64,000 nt of DNA, taken from NCBI GenBank assembly GCA_965238045.1, contig CBDEGU010000011.1, forward strand, positions 203,555 through 267,554, read 5' to 3'. Positions 9,781-18,832 of the stretch are shown piece by piece. This stretch comes from Bryobacterales bacterium (GTDB lineage: Bacteria; Acidobacteriota; Terriglobia; Bryobacterales; UBA6623). Every line of letters begins with the position of its first letter. Position 1 is the first letter of the stretch. The notes under the pieces were generated by a model. That model was not told where the DNA came from. It ran no database searches and worked only from the letters and a program-made list of their open reading frames with translations. The position numbers and the translations under genes are program-made.

Positions 9781-11517
9781 ATGGACAATCTCGAACAAAT
9801 TCTAAATGGTTTCCTCGAATTCATCCAAAGCCTCCCGGGTATGATGGGCGATCTTTGGAAATGGATCGGCGACAACGGCGCCGCCATCGGTGTTGTGTTC
9901 GGATTCCTAACCCTGCTCTTTGGGCTCCCTCGAATCAAGCGTTGGCTAAAGGGCGAACCAAAGCCACCAGATCCCGTTCAGCCCGGCGCCCACCGCGACC
10001 GTACGGCTATGCTGACCAAAATCCGCACAAAATGGGTCAAGCCATGGCTTGAAAGAGATCTTTACCAGCAGGCCCGCCTCGAACTTCAATTAACCGGGCG
10101 CGAAGACGCCGTCCAGATCCGCCTTCGCTCTTACTCCCAAACCGGCGGGGACCCCGGCCCTGAGATCCCCCGTGACAAGGCGTTCGAAGAGATTTTCGAC
10201 GATGCCTCCGGGCAACTGCTGATCCTCGGCGAGCCGGGAACCGGCAAGTCGACCAAGCTGGTCGAGCTGGCGCGGGCCCTGCTCGATCGCGCTGGAGCCG
10301 ATGCCTCCAAGCCCATCCCGGTGATCCTCAACCTTTCTTCCTGGACGAAAAAGCAGGCGGCGCTGGGCGAATGGATTCAGTCCGAGCTGGTGCGTCTGTA
10401 CGGTGTCTCGCGCCCCCGCGCCCGGCAATGGGTCGAGGGCGAGAATGTCGTGCCCTTGCTCGACGGGCTGGACGAGGTGGCCGCCGAACAGCAGGGGGCC
10501 TGTGTCGATGCCATCAACACTTACCGCCGCGATCGCGGGCTGCCACCCATGGCTGTCTGTTGCCGCTTGGAGCAATACCGCAAGCTCCCGGCGCCCCTCG
10601 ACCTCGCCGGCGCCGTCGAGGTCGAACCTCTGCGGCGGGATGAGGTGGAGAGCTACCTCAAAAAGCACGGTCCCAAGGTGCGCCGCGTCCGCCAGGCGCT
10701 GCGGGACGATCCGGAACTTTGGGACCTGATGGCTACGCCTCTGATGTTGACGGTCCTGTTCCTGGCCTCGGAAGTCGAAGGGAAGGAGGCGCGGAGCGAG
10801 CCGGATCCGCGCCGGCGGCTCTATCTCCGGTTTGTCCGCAAGATGTTCGGCGGGCCCAGGCCCAGGCGGTTCGCTGAGGGAAAAGCGCTGCGCTGGCTTG
10901 GCTGGCTCGCTGCTCAGTTGGTCAACCGTGACCAGATCCCATTCGCGCTGGAAGATCTGGATTTGGAGTGGCTGCCCTCGCGGCGCGCCGGGCGCGCCGC
11001 ATCGGTGATTTTCAGGCTGTTCGGCGGGCTGGACGCCATTCTGCGGCCTGCCGCGGTGAGCGAGCGTAGCGCCGCGAACGAAGGCACGTCTCGCTCGCTT
11101 CGCTACGCGCTGCGCATCAGCTCCGCCGGAGTCGTGTTGGCAATCGCGGTGGCGTGGCTCTTATCCGTGCTGCACGGTGGTTTCGAGGGCGCTATGTCCA
11201 GCACGGTCGAAGCTGCCACCGCGACTGCCCCAGCTTGGGTGGCCTGGCTCAGCATCTGGCTTGCCTTGGAGAAAGGCGGCTTCTTCTTTCTGAGCCACTG
11301 GGCCGTGCGCGCTCAGCTCCAGCGACTCGACCTGGCCCCGCGCCCCTACGTCAAGTTTCTCGACGAAGCCGCCGCCATGCTGTTCCTGCGAAAGACAGGC
11401 GGGACCTATCAGTTCTTCCACGTTACCTTCCGCGACTTTGTCGCCGAAACCTACGGCGCCGAGTGGCTGGCAAAAGACCGCCGTCCGCCTCCGCCCAAAC
11501 AGGCCGCCACCGCGTGA
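9781..11517 (+). CDS. NACHT-domain STAND NTPase with N- and C-terminal transmembrane segments
   Basis: Walker A is ILGEPGTGKSTKL and Walker B is VVPLLDGLDEV. The NACHT-type winged-helix end is LFLRKTGGTYQFFHVTFRDFVAE. Hydrophobic helices are AAIGVVFGFLTLLFGL (N-terminal) and ISSAGVVLAIAVAWLLSVL / WVAWLSIWLAL (C-terminal part). Confidence 0.8.
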   Translation: MDNLEQILNGFLEFIQSLPGMMGDLWKWIGDNGAAIGVVFGFLTLLFGLPRIKRWLKGEPKPPDPVQPGAHRDRTAMLTKIRTKWVKPWLERDLYQQARLELQLTGREDAVQIRLRSYSQTGGDPGPEIPRDKAFEEIFDDASGQLLILGEPGTGKSTKLVELARALLDRAGADASKPIPVILNLSSWTKKQAALGEWIQSELVRLYGVSRPRARQWVEGENVVPLLDGLDEVAAEQQGACVDAINTYRRDRGLPPMAVCCRLEQYRKLPAPLDLAGAVEVEPLRRDEVESYLKKHGPKVRRVRQALRDDPELWDLMATPLMLTVLFLASEVEGKEARSEPDPRRRLYLRFVRKMFGGPRPRRFAEGKALRWLGWLAAQLVNRDQIPFALEDLDLEWLPSRRAGRAASVIFRLFGGLDAILRPAAVSERSAANEGTSRSLRYALRISSAGVVLAIAVAWLLSVLHGGFEGAMSSTVEAATATAPAWVAWLSIWLALEKGGFFFLSHWAVRAQLQRLDLAPRPYVKFLDEAAAMLFLRKTGGTYQFFHVTFRDFVAETYGAEWLAKDRRPPPPKQAATA

Positions 11518-11639
11518 AGCGGCCCCGGCCAGCTTGGCAACTAGCCACAAGTTGGGGTGGCAGTTCAGACGACAGTACTTTCAACACACAACAAGTAGTA
11601 CTACAGTGCCATTGACAGCACGGGACTTATATCGGATTC

Positions 11640-12626
11640 TTGACGAATGTATTCGAAAAGATTGGTCGAGGCGAGATCCCAGTAGTGACCGTGAACGACT
11701 CACATGATATCCATGCCGGGAAAGGCACCGACGCTTCGGATGGAACCGAGCGCCGCAGGCACGATCGCACCAAGCTTTCGGCCGACACCGGGTTGGTGAT
11801 TGCTCTTCCCGACGGTTCCGAGCGCGTGGAAAAGGCCCGGGCGGTGGACGTAAGCGAATTCGGAATGGGCGTGGAAACGCCAGTGGAACTGCCCGTCGAT
11901 GCCAGTATTACCATATCGAGTCTGTTTCCTAGCGGCGGTTCCAAAGGCTTGAGAAACAAGAAAGCTCACGTCGTCTACAGCCGGAAGACGGCCAACGGGA
12001 ACTTTCGCGGCGGCTTGGCTTTCGACGTCATCAAAACCAAGGAACCGCCCAAGACGCCCGGGCGCGCGCTCGACAGCACATTCGTGGATCACTACGAGGC
12101 ACTGCAGCTCAATGTCAATGCCGGCATGGAAACGATTCAGCGCGTCTACCGCCTGCTCGCCGCACGTTATCACCCAGACAATGTCAAGAGCGGAAATGAG
12201 GAGTCTTTCCGCGCCGTCCTCAACGCCTACCGCGTGTTGAGCGACCCGGAGCAGCGCGCAGCCTATGACGCCACCCACGCGACGCAGCACGAGGCGCGCT
12301 GGCAGATTTTCTCCGGCGAGCAGAACGCCGGCCTTGAGAAAAGAATTCGGATGGGCATCTTGTCGGCCCTGTTTAGAGTTCGATCGGCCAACAACGACAG
12401 TCCCAGAATGTCGAACCGCGAACTCGAACGCCTGCTGGGCTGCCCTCGGGAGCACCTTCAGTTCGGTATTTGGTATCTCCGGGGAAAGCGTTACATCGAG
12501 CGCGCCGATAACGGAAGCGTTTCCATCACTCCCGAAGGAGTGGATATCCTCGAGGAATCAGCGGAAATCACGCCGCAAGGAACGCTCAAACTGCTCGGCG
12601 GCGTTGTTTCCGGTGAGTCCGCATAG
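11640..12626 (+). CDS. PilZ domain - J domain (DnaJ-like) fusion protein with C-terminal winged-helix-like region
   Basis: The PilZ motifs are RRRHDR (RxxxR) and DVSEFG (DxSxxG), about 27 aa apart. The J domain is DHYEALQL...YRLLAARYHPDN...AYRVLSDPEQRAAYD, with HPD. The start is TTG per the ORF track and the exact start is uncertain. Confidence 0.75.
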   Translation: MTNVFEKIGRGEIPVVTVNDSHDIHAGKGTDASDGTERRRHDRTKLSADTGLVIALPDGSERVEKARAVDVSEFGMGVETPVELPVDASITISSLFPSGGSKGLRNKKAHVVYSRKTANGNFRGGLAFDVIKTKEPPKTPGRALDSTFVDHYEALQLNVNAGMETIQRVYRLLAARYHPDNVKSGNEESFRAVLNAYRVLSDPEQRAAYDATHATQHEARWQIFSGEQNAGLEKRIRMGILSALFRVRSANNDSPRMSNRELERLLGCPREHLQFGIWYLRGKRYIERADNGSVSITPEGVDILEESAEITPQGTLKLLGGVVSGESA

Positions 12627-12770
12627 TCCGCGCTTCTGATCCGCCCTTCGCCAAAACTCCATGGCCGCTCGAAAGGCAGGACCGCTTTTCTCATCACGTG
12701 GCAAGGCGGTGAGAAATGCGGGGGGTGCCGCTGATCCGCGGTGATTCGCTAGGATGAAATTGTTGGAGCC

Positions 12771-14204
12771 ATGGGCGTGAGTGAAGCACTACTGGTGATG
12801 AAGTTCGGCGGGACCAGCGTGGGCTCCGCCGAGCGTATCGAACAAAGCGCGCGCTTGATCGCGGCCGCGGCGGCCCAGCGGCCGGTGGTCACGGTCGTCT
12901 CGGCGATGGCCAAGGTGACCGATCTGTTGCTCGACACCATGCGGGCGGCCGGGGCGGGCGAGCAGGCCGCGATGGATTCCAGCCTGACGAGCCTGCGGCG
13001 GCACCATGAAGATACCTGCCGCGCCCTGTTGCCCGCCCCGGAGCAGGGCGCGGTCCTCGATGAGATGGCCCGCCTCATGGATGCTTTTGAGCGCATCGCC
13101 AGAGGCATGCTCTTGCTGCGCGAACGGCCGGCGCGCTCGGTGGACGAAGCGGTCACGACGGGCGAAAAACTCTGCGCGTGTCTCTGCGCCGCCCTGCTGC
13201 GATCGAAGGGAGTGGACGCCGAAGCCGTCGATGGCGCCGAGGTCATCGTCACCACCGGCCAGTTCGGCGACGCCGCGCCGCTCATGGACGAGACTCGGGA
13301 GAAGGCCAGGAGTCGCCTCTTGCCCATGCTCGACCGGAAACGCGTCCCGATTGTCACCGGCTTCAACGGCGCCTGCTCCGATGGGCGGCCAACGACTTTG
13401 GGGCGTGGTGGCTCGGATTTCTCGGCCTCGCTGCTGGCCTCGGTCCTTGATGCCGCCGAACTTTGGATCTGGACCGATGTCGATGGTATTCTCTCGGCCG
13501 ACCCTCGGGTTGTGCGGGACGCCCGCGTGCTCGGCGAGGTGACGTATAACGAGGCGGCGGAACTAGCCTATAACGGCGCGCGGGTGCTGCATCCGCGAAC
13601 GCTTGTTCCGCTGGTCGAAAAACAGATACCGGTGTGGGTAAGAAATAGTTTCCGGCCGGAGATTTCCGGTACCCGGATTGTTCCCCGGATTCGTAACGGG
13701 CGCGGCGCGCGGGCCATAACCTCGCTGGCGAACGTGGCCCTGATTTCGATCGAGGCGGCCAGCGTGTCGATGTCCGGCGCGCAACTCATGGCCAGGGCGC
13801 TCGAGGCCGCCGCGCGGACCAAGACCGAGGTGTTGCTGCTAACGCGGTCGAGCTTCCGGCAGAATTTCTGCATGCTTGTCCGCGCCGGGGAAGTGGACGC
13901 CGTGCTGGAGAGTCTCCGCGAGGATCTGGCGCTCGAGCTGGCGCACGGTTACGTGCACCCGATGGAAGTGGACCAAAGCGTGGGCCTGCTGGCGGTCGTG
14001 GGCGAGGGCATGCGGGGCACGCCCGGGCTGGCCGGTCAGATCTTCGGCGCCTTGTCTCGCAAGCGCGTCAACATCATCGCCATTGCGCAGGGATCGAGCG
14101 AATCGACGATCGCGATTGTCGTCAAACAGGACTCGCTTGACGAAGCCGTCGTTGCGCTGCATGCCGAGTGCAAGCTCGGTGAGCGTTCGCCGGTCCCTGT
14201 CTGA
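12771..14204 (+). CDS. lysC: aspartate kinase
   Basis: N-terminal VMKFGGTSVG, VVSAMAKVTD, and TLGRGGSDFSASLLA...ELWIWTDVDGILSADPR. C-terminal ACT-like repeats are present. GGAG lies just upstream of the ATG. Confidence 0.9.
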   Translation: MGVSEALLVMKFGGTSVGSAERIEQSARLIAAAAAQRPVVTVVSAMAKVTDLLLDTMRAAGAGEQAAMDSSLTSLRRHHEDTCRALLPAPEQGAVLDEMARLMDAFERIARGMLLLRERPARSVDEAVTTGEKLCACLCAALLRSKGVDAEAVDGAEVIVTTGQFGDAAPLMDETREKARSRLLPMLDRKRVPIVTGFNGACSDGRPTTLGRGGSDFSASLLASVLDAAELWIWTDVDGILSADPRVVRDARVLGEVTYNEAAELAYNGARVLHPRTLVPLVEKQIPVWVRNSFRPEISGTRIVPRIRNGRGARAITSLANVALISIEAASVSMSGAQLMARALEAAARTKTEVLLLTRSSFRQNFCMLVRAGEVDAVLESLREDLALELAHGYVHPMEVDQSVGLLAVVGEGMRGTPGLAGQIFGALSRKRVNIIAIAQGSSESTIAIVVKQDSLDEAVVALHAECKLGERSPVPV

Positions 14205-14241
14205 GCGCGAAAATCCCGCGGCACATCCGAGGAGGCAGATC

Positions 14242-15201
14242 ATGCATCGACGAAAGTTTCTTGGCACGGGACTTGCCGGGGGCGCCCTGGCCAGCGGGGC
14301 GGCGGCCGCTCCCCAGGCGCCTCACAAATGGGGAACGGAAAAAGAAGCCTGGATTGAACGTCCTGCAGCGGGCCGGCCGCACGAGGGGAAGATGATGGCG
14401 GTCATCCAGCCCCATTCCGACGACGTGCCGCTCTTCGCGGCGGGCGCCGTGCTCAAGCTCATCGGCGAAGGATACAAGGGCATCTTGATCCGTGTCACCA
14501 ACGACGATCATGCCGGACGAGGCCGTACGCCGGGGGAAGTCATCACCAACAACGAGCAGGACAATTTTGAGATTGCGCGCCTCATGGGACTGGGCAAGGT
14601 ATTCGATCTGGGTTATCAGAATCACCGGCTCGACGACGCCCATCCGATTGAGCTGCGAGCCCGGCTGATTTTTATTTTCCGCGCTCTCAAAGTAGACACC
14701 GTCGTCTGTTATGACCCTTGGGGACATTACGAAGAGAACCCCGACCACTACATCACCGCGCGGGCCGTCGAGGCGGCTTGCTGGATGGCCGGAGGCGCCA
14801 GGGATTTCCCCGAGCACCGCGAGGCCGGAGTCATGCCGCACGGCGTGCGTGAGAAATACTACTTCGCTCGCGGCCCGCAGTTGGTCAATCGCATCGTGGA
14901 TATCAGCGGGGTGATCGATCGCAAAGTCGCGGTCAATGTCGCCAACGACACCCAGGGCCCGGCCGGAGTCAATGGCTCGCGGCTTCGCCAGAGGCTGGCC
15001 GAGCAGGGCAAGAAGCTCCCGCTCCTGGGCGATGACGACGATACGGCCAATCGGCGCTACGTCAAAGAGTTTGTTCTCGCCAATGACCGCTCGCTCGGCG
15101 AGCAGCACGGACTAGAATACGCCGAGGCGTTCCACTATATCGGACCCCCATCAACGAACAAGCTCAACGACTACATCGCCACCAATAGCGTGCCGCTCTA
15201 G
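14242..15201 (+). CDS. PIG-L/LmbE family deacetylase with Tat-type signal
   Basis: ATG 14242 is preceded by GGAGG (14231-14235). The N-terminus is MHRRKFLGTGLAGGALASGAAAA. VIQPHSDDVPLF and ENPDHYITA match PIG-L motifs. The track ORF from 13876 is an overextension into lysC. Confidence 0.75.
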   Translation: MHRRKFLGTGLAGGALASGAAAAPQAPHKWGTEKEAWIERPAAGRPHEGKMMAVIQPHSDDVPLFAAGAVLKLIGEGYKGILIRVTNDDHAGRGRTPGEVITNNEQDNFEIARLMGLGKVFDLGYQNHRLDDAHPIELRARLIFIFRALKVDTVVCYDPWGHYEENPDHYITARAVEAACWMAGGARDFPEHREAGVMPHGVREKYYFARGPQLVNRIVDISGVIDRKVAVNVANDTQGPAGVNGSRLRQRLAEQGKKLPLLGDDDDTANRRYVKEFVLANDRSLGEQHGLEYAEAFHYIGPPSTNKLNDYIATNSVPL

Positions 15202-15481
15202 GCCCGCATTTCTCAGCGTGCGCTCCCCTCCTCAGGCGGCGAGAAATGTCGGCTAGGTTGACAATCGCGAGCGCATTGCGGAGGTGCCGGGGGTGAGCGG
15301 GCAGAAATCTGCTCCGGAACCTGCTCAGTAGTCTGCTCCGGGGTTTCACCGAGCACCCTAGATCGTGAGAGGCGGCGGGCGTTGACCATCCGTTCGTCCT
15401 GGATCGGTTGTAACCCTCGTATATCGAATAAGTTTCAGAGAGTTGGAACAGGTATCGTGTCGTTGCATCGATCTGCACATA

Positions 15482-15558
15482 GTACAACAGTACTGTAAAA
15501 ACAAATCCTACACAGAAACTAGCTGGTACCACAGGACTACTCGAGTACCGGTACTACA
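15482..15558. promoter_or_regulatory. cluster of GTAC-centred palindromes in an AT-rich 700-bp upstream region
   Basis: ACAGTACTGT (15487-15496), GGTACC (15525-15530) and GTACCGGTAC (15545-15554). There are five GTAC cores in about 75 bp, upstream of the TPR-receiver gene. Function is unknown. Confidence 0.25.
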
Positions 15559-15900
15559 TACAAGAAAAATGCGGCGATATTGAACGTTTCCTCTCATTTC
15601 GATGTCGCGGGGACTGGAGGATAATCTAACGCATAGGCAACTCCCTCGCCAGGCAACTCGAGTGGAGAGTCAGCGGCGATGACCTTGGCGGAATCCTAGG
15701 GACTCCCGATGTCGTGGAAGGTTTCTTGGCCGAAAAGAGTTCTAGCGAGGCGAAGCGCGTGAGAGGCCCGTCGGTACGAGGCGCGCGGAGCGGCGAGCCG
15801 CTCGAAGGGATCGATCCGTTCATGGAGAGATAGCCTGCCTGCGGCAAGCCCCTGAGCGTGAGAGGAAGCCGGGCGAGCAGAGAACAGAGACGGAGCCTTT

Positions 15901-16923
15901 ATGGGTAACCAGTCCAGCGAACTAGTGATGCCGCCTTCGAAGATCCGGCCCATGACCGAGACCCGGCTCTTGCGCGACGCGGTGGTCGAATTCCAGGCGG
16001 GCAACAAGGGCGGCGCGCGCGCGCTGCTCGACGAGGCGCTGGAGATCAATCCCAACAACGAGCTTGTATGGCTCTGCAAAGCTTCCCTCGCCGAAACTTC
16101 TCGCGAAGTGATCGAGCACCTCGAGCAGGTGCTTCGAATCGACCCGGGGCACGAGAAAGCGCTCTCATGGCTGGCTGGTCTCAGAGACGGGCAGGGCTTT
16201 CCGGAGGCCGGGGACGGCGAATGTCCGCTCTGTGGGATGGAACGGAACGGGGAGTCCGGCCGTTGTCCGCAATGCCGGGCGGTCACCGATCTCAAAGATC
16301 CCGATGCCTTTGCCGGCAACAAGGCTGTGCGGCGGAGCCTTCTCGAACAGGCCAGGGGCCGTTTCGAGGCGGCGCTGAAAGAAGGTCCCAACTATGACGC
16401 CCACTACAACTTGGCTCTGATCTACTTGAACCTCTGTCAGTCCACCCAAGCCATAGCCCATCTGGAGGCGGCCAAGCGGCTGCGGCCTGGCAACCCCCTG
16501 ATCGCCGAGGCCATTGGGGTTCTGCGCGGGCGGCCTCTAATTCTGGTTGTGGACAATTCGGTGACCATTCGCAAGACGCTGGGTTCCATCCTCGAACGGA
16601 ACCGCTATCGCACCATCAGCGCCGGCGACGGACTCGAGGCGCTCTCGCTGCTGCGCGAGGAAACCCCAAATCTCATCTTGCTCGACGTCATGATGCCTCG
16701 CATGAACGGGTATCAAGTATGCAAGAGGATCAGGCGCAATCAGAATACGAAGCGCATTCCAGTTCTCATGATCTCGGCGAACTTCGCCGGCAAGATGCGC
16801 GGCCGGATGGCTGGAGCGACCGGCTATATCCCAAGACCCTTCAAGGCCAAGACGATTCTTGGCGTCATTGAAAAGCATCTCCCGGCGCCGGTCAACGGCA
16901 ACGGGAGCGCAGCGGCCCTCTGA
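15901..16923 (+). CDS. response regulator with N-terminal TPR repeats and a CxxC...CxxC zinc-ribbon insert
   Basis: The C-terminal receiver is ILVVDNSVTIRK...LILLDVMMPRMNGYQVC...PVLMISA. TPR-like helices are N-terminal. The insert is CPLCGMERNGESGRCPQC. GGAG lies upstream of the ATG. Confidence 0.8.
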   Translation: MGNQSSELVMPPSKIRPMTETRLLRDAVVEFQAGNKGGARALLDEALEINPNNELVWLCKASLAETSREVIEHLEQVLRIDPGHEKALSWLAGLRDGQGFPEAGDGECPLCGMERNGESGRCPQCRAVTDLKDPDAFAGNKAVRRSLLEQARGRFEAALKEGPNYDAHYNLALIYLNLCQSTQAIAHLEAAKRLRPGNPLIAEAIGVLRGRPLILVVDNSVTIRKTLGSILERNRYRTISAGDGLEALSLLREETPNLILLDVMMPRMNGYQVCKRIRRNQNTKRIPVLMISANFAGKMRGRMAGATGYIPRPFKAKTILGVIEKHLPAPVNGNGSAAAL

Positions 16924-17132
16924 ACCCGGAATGGCGGTTCTCTCGCGTGCTTGCCTCGTCAGGTAGCGAGAAGGGCGGGCGGGATTCGGGCGGCTGCGGC
17001 CCTGAAATTGCCGCCCGATCCGGTGCCCGGCGGCGAGGAACCGGTCCCTGTCACGGGCGGCGCAAATCTTGCCGCTGAGGCGCCACTGGGACGGTCCTTT
17101 CGTCCGAACCTTGGAGCTGGGAACACAGGGTG

Positions 17133-17248
17133 CTAGAGCATTTTCATGAATGAAACAGGCAACCCATGGGGGCTGCTCAGCATCGGCGCTTCCGCCACGG
17201 CGAAGGCATCTTCGGATACGGGCTCCCTCATCATTGAAAATGCTCTAG
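17133..17248. repeat. intact type-1 hairpin repeat (116 bp)
   Basis: CTAGAGCATTTTCATGAATGA...TCATCATTGAAAATGCTCTAG. The arms are near-perfect reverse complements. It matches the split copy at 9375-9639 and the diverged copy at 17496-17614. Confidence 0.8.
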
Positions 17249-17418
17249 ATCGCTTCCTAGACTGAGTCGCGACATTTTCAAACCGGCAAACACAACGGCG
17301 CAGCCCCAAATCAACCCCCAAACCGAGCCGCGCACGTCAGTAAGCGGTCCGGCCACACCACCACTGACCACAGCCCCAGCAAGAAATCACCGGCAAAGCC
17401 AGCCACCGACCACGACTT
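17245..17418. repeat. type-2 repeat
   Basis: It shares TAGATCGCT...CAGCCCCAAATCA(A)CCCCCAAACCGAGCCGCGCACGTCAGTAAGCGGTCC...AGAAATCAC...CAGCCACCG.CCACGACTT with 9419-9560. Confidence 0.7.
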
Positions 17419-17495
17419 ACGGTACTCCATCACCCAACATCACACGCTGTCCCCCCATCACGCTGTCTCACACCAGAGGGGTCCACTCCATGTGG

Positions 17496-17614
17496 CTGGA
17501 ACATTTTAAGGATATGAAATAGACAACCCAGGGGGGGCTGCACAGCATCGGCGCCTCGGCCACGGCGAACGCATTTTCGGATAGGGGCTTATGTCATCAT
17601 TGCAAGTGCTCTAG
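17496..17614. repeat. diverged third copy of the type-1 hairpin repeat
   Basis: CTGGAACATTTTAAGG...GACAACCCAGGGGGGGCTGCACAGCATCGGCGCCTCGGCCACGGCGAACGCATTTTCGGATAGGGGC...GTGCTCTAG aligns along its length with 17133-17248, with many substitutions. Confidence 0.65.
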
Positions 17615-17756
17615 CCGCAAAATGAACCTTGACTTGGCACGACGACAGGCGTAATGTCAAGACGGCTAGGAGACGCATCGCCTGCGTCTCGGCCAAATAC
17701 GAACCCCCGCGCGGAGCGGAGGGCAAACAGGGCGGGGGTTCCTTCGGGAGGATGTC

Positions 17757-18669
17757 ATGTTTGAGCAGTTGGAACACAAGAGAACCCCCGCGGAAACCAA
17801 GACCCTCTTTCTGGAATCGCTGGCGGCTGTAGCTGCCTGTATTCTGATCGGCGGGGCGGCTATTTGGTTCTTCACCCCAGTTTGGTGAATTTTAACGGCT
17901 CGCGCTGACAACTCGCGGCCGGCCTGGCAGCCCATCGTAGCGAGATTGCGGCGTGGCGCCGGCAGCTTCGTTGCGACTCGGTTGGGATAATCCACATCCT
18001 CGCCCCCGTCAAGCCTCACTCTCGGCCCCGCGCCGCTTGACGAGCGCAGGGGTACTTGACCCTGCGTTGAGCACGGCGAGCAAGCGCAACCAAGGTTTGG
18101 CGGGCCTCTCATGTGCTTCGGTCGTCAGGTGATAAGAAATGCGGGTTGGTCCGCTGCCGGGAAAGCTCGAAGCACCGTTGGGCGTTTGGGCCGTGCTGGG
18201 CAATCACGACTGGTGGCTGGGCGCCCAGAGAGTTCGCTCCGCCATGGAGGCCTCCGGAATCAGGGTTCTTGAGAACCAGGCGGTCCGGATTCCGTGGCGC
18301 TCGTCACACTTCTGGCTCTTGGAGATCGGTGATTTCACCGTCGCGCAGCACGATATCGAGGCCGCACTGAGCGCGGCAACCGGCAACGCCCCTCTCCTAG
18401 CCATCACGCACAATCCAGACGTCTTCCCGGAAATACCGCGCCAAGTCATTCTAACGATCGCCGGTCACACCCACGGAGGACAAGTCTGCGTGCCGCTGCT
18501 AGGCCGCCCCATCGTGCCCTCACACTATGGACAGCGCTACGCCCTAGGACACGTCGCCGGGAACGGACACCACATCTTCATCACCACGGGACTAGGCACA
18601 AGCATCCTGCCCGTGCGCTTCCTAACGCCGCCAGAGATCACCATCCTAAACCGGAGCGGCGCCCGCTAA
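17757..18669 (+). pseudogene. metallophosphoesterase, 5' half eroded (only the C-terminal 176-aa ORF 18139-18669 is intact)
   Basis: The intact part carries LGNHDWW and GHTHGG but lacks the DxH and GD metal motifs. A 43-aa ORF (17757-17888) has a strong GGGAGGA RBS and a TM-like N-terminus. Scattered remnants between them (GIIHI, SSLTLGP, VLRSSGD) lie in different frames. Confidence 0.5.
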
Positions 18670-18832
18670 GGACTCAAATTCCGAAGACCCCTAGCTGGGA
18701 CCTCGGGCCTGAGATCCACAGCCTTTCCCGCGGCACACCCACCGCCACCACACGAGCCACCCGTCCCATGGGTCAACAGAAAACCCCTATGTCCTCTCAC
18801 AGTTCGGAAGCTATCCCCGATCTCCCCCGCGC

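Noticed and set aside
12627-12770. A possible lysine riboswitch upstream of lysC.
   Set aside because: The spacer is only ~145 nt and shows none of the L-box conserved helices or the AGAGGCGC-type core that I can recognise.
13876-14241. The track ORF extends the PIG-L gene 122 codons upstream.
   Set aside because: The extension overlaps the 3' end of lysC in another frame. ATG 14242 has a GGAGG RBS and yields a Tat-type N-terminus.
15164-15532. A 122-aa minus-strand ORF with a hydrophobic N-terminus, in the AT-rich spacer.
   Set aside because: It has a GTG start without an RBS. Its C-terminal two-thirds are Arg-rich and overlap the PIG-L 3' end. It is more likely non-coding regulatory DNA.
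9375-17614. The idea that the two repeat loci delimit a composite mobile element carrying the NACHT gene.
   Set aside because: There is no transposase or integrase between them. The interval includes housekeeping lysC. The repeats are small hairpin-type units that are probably dispersed genome-wide.
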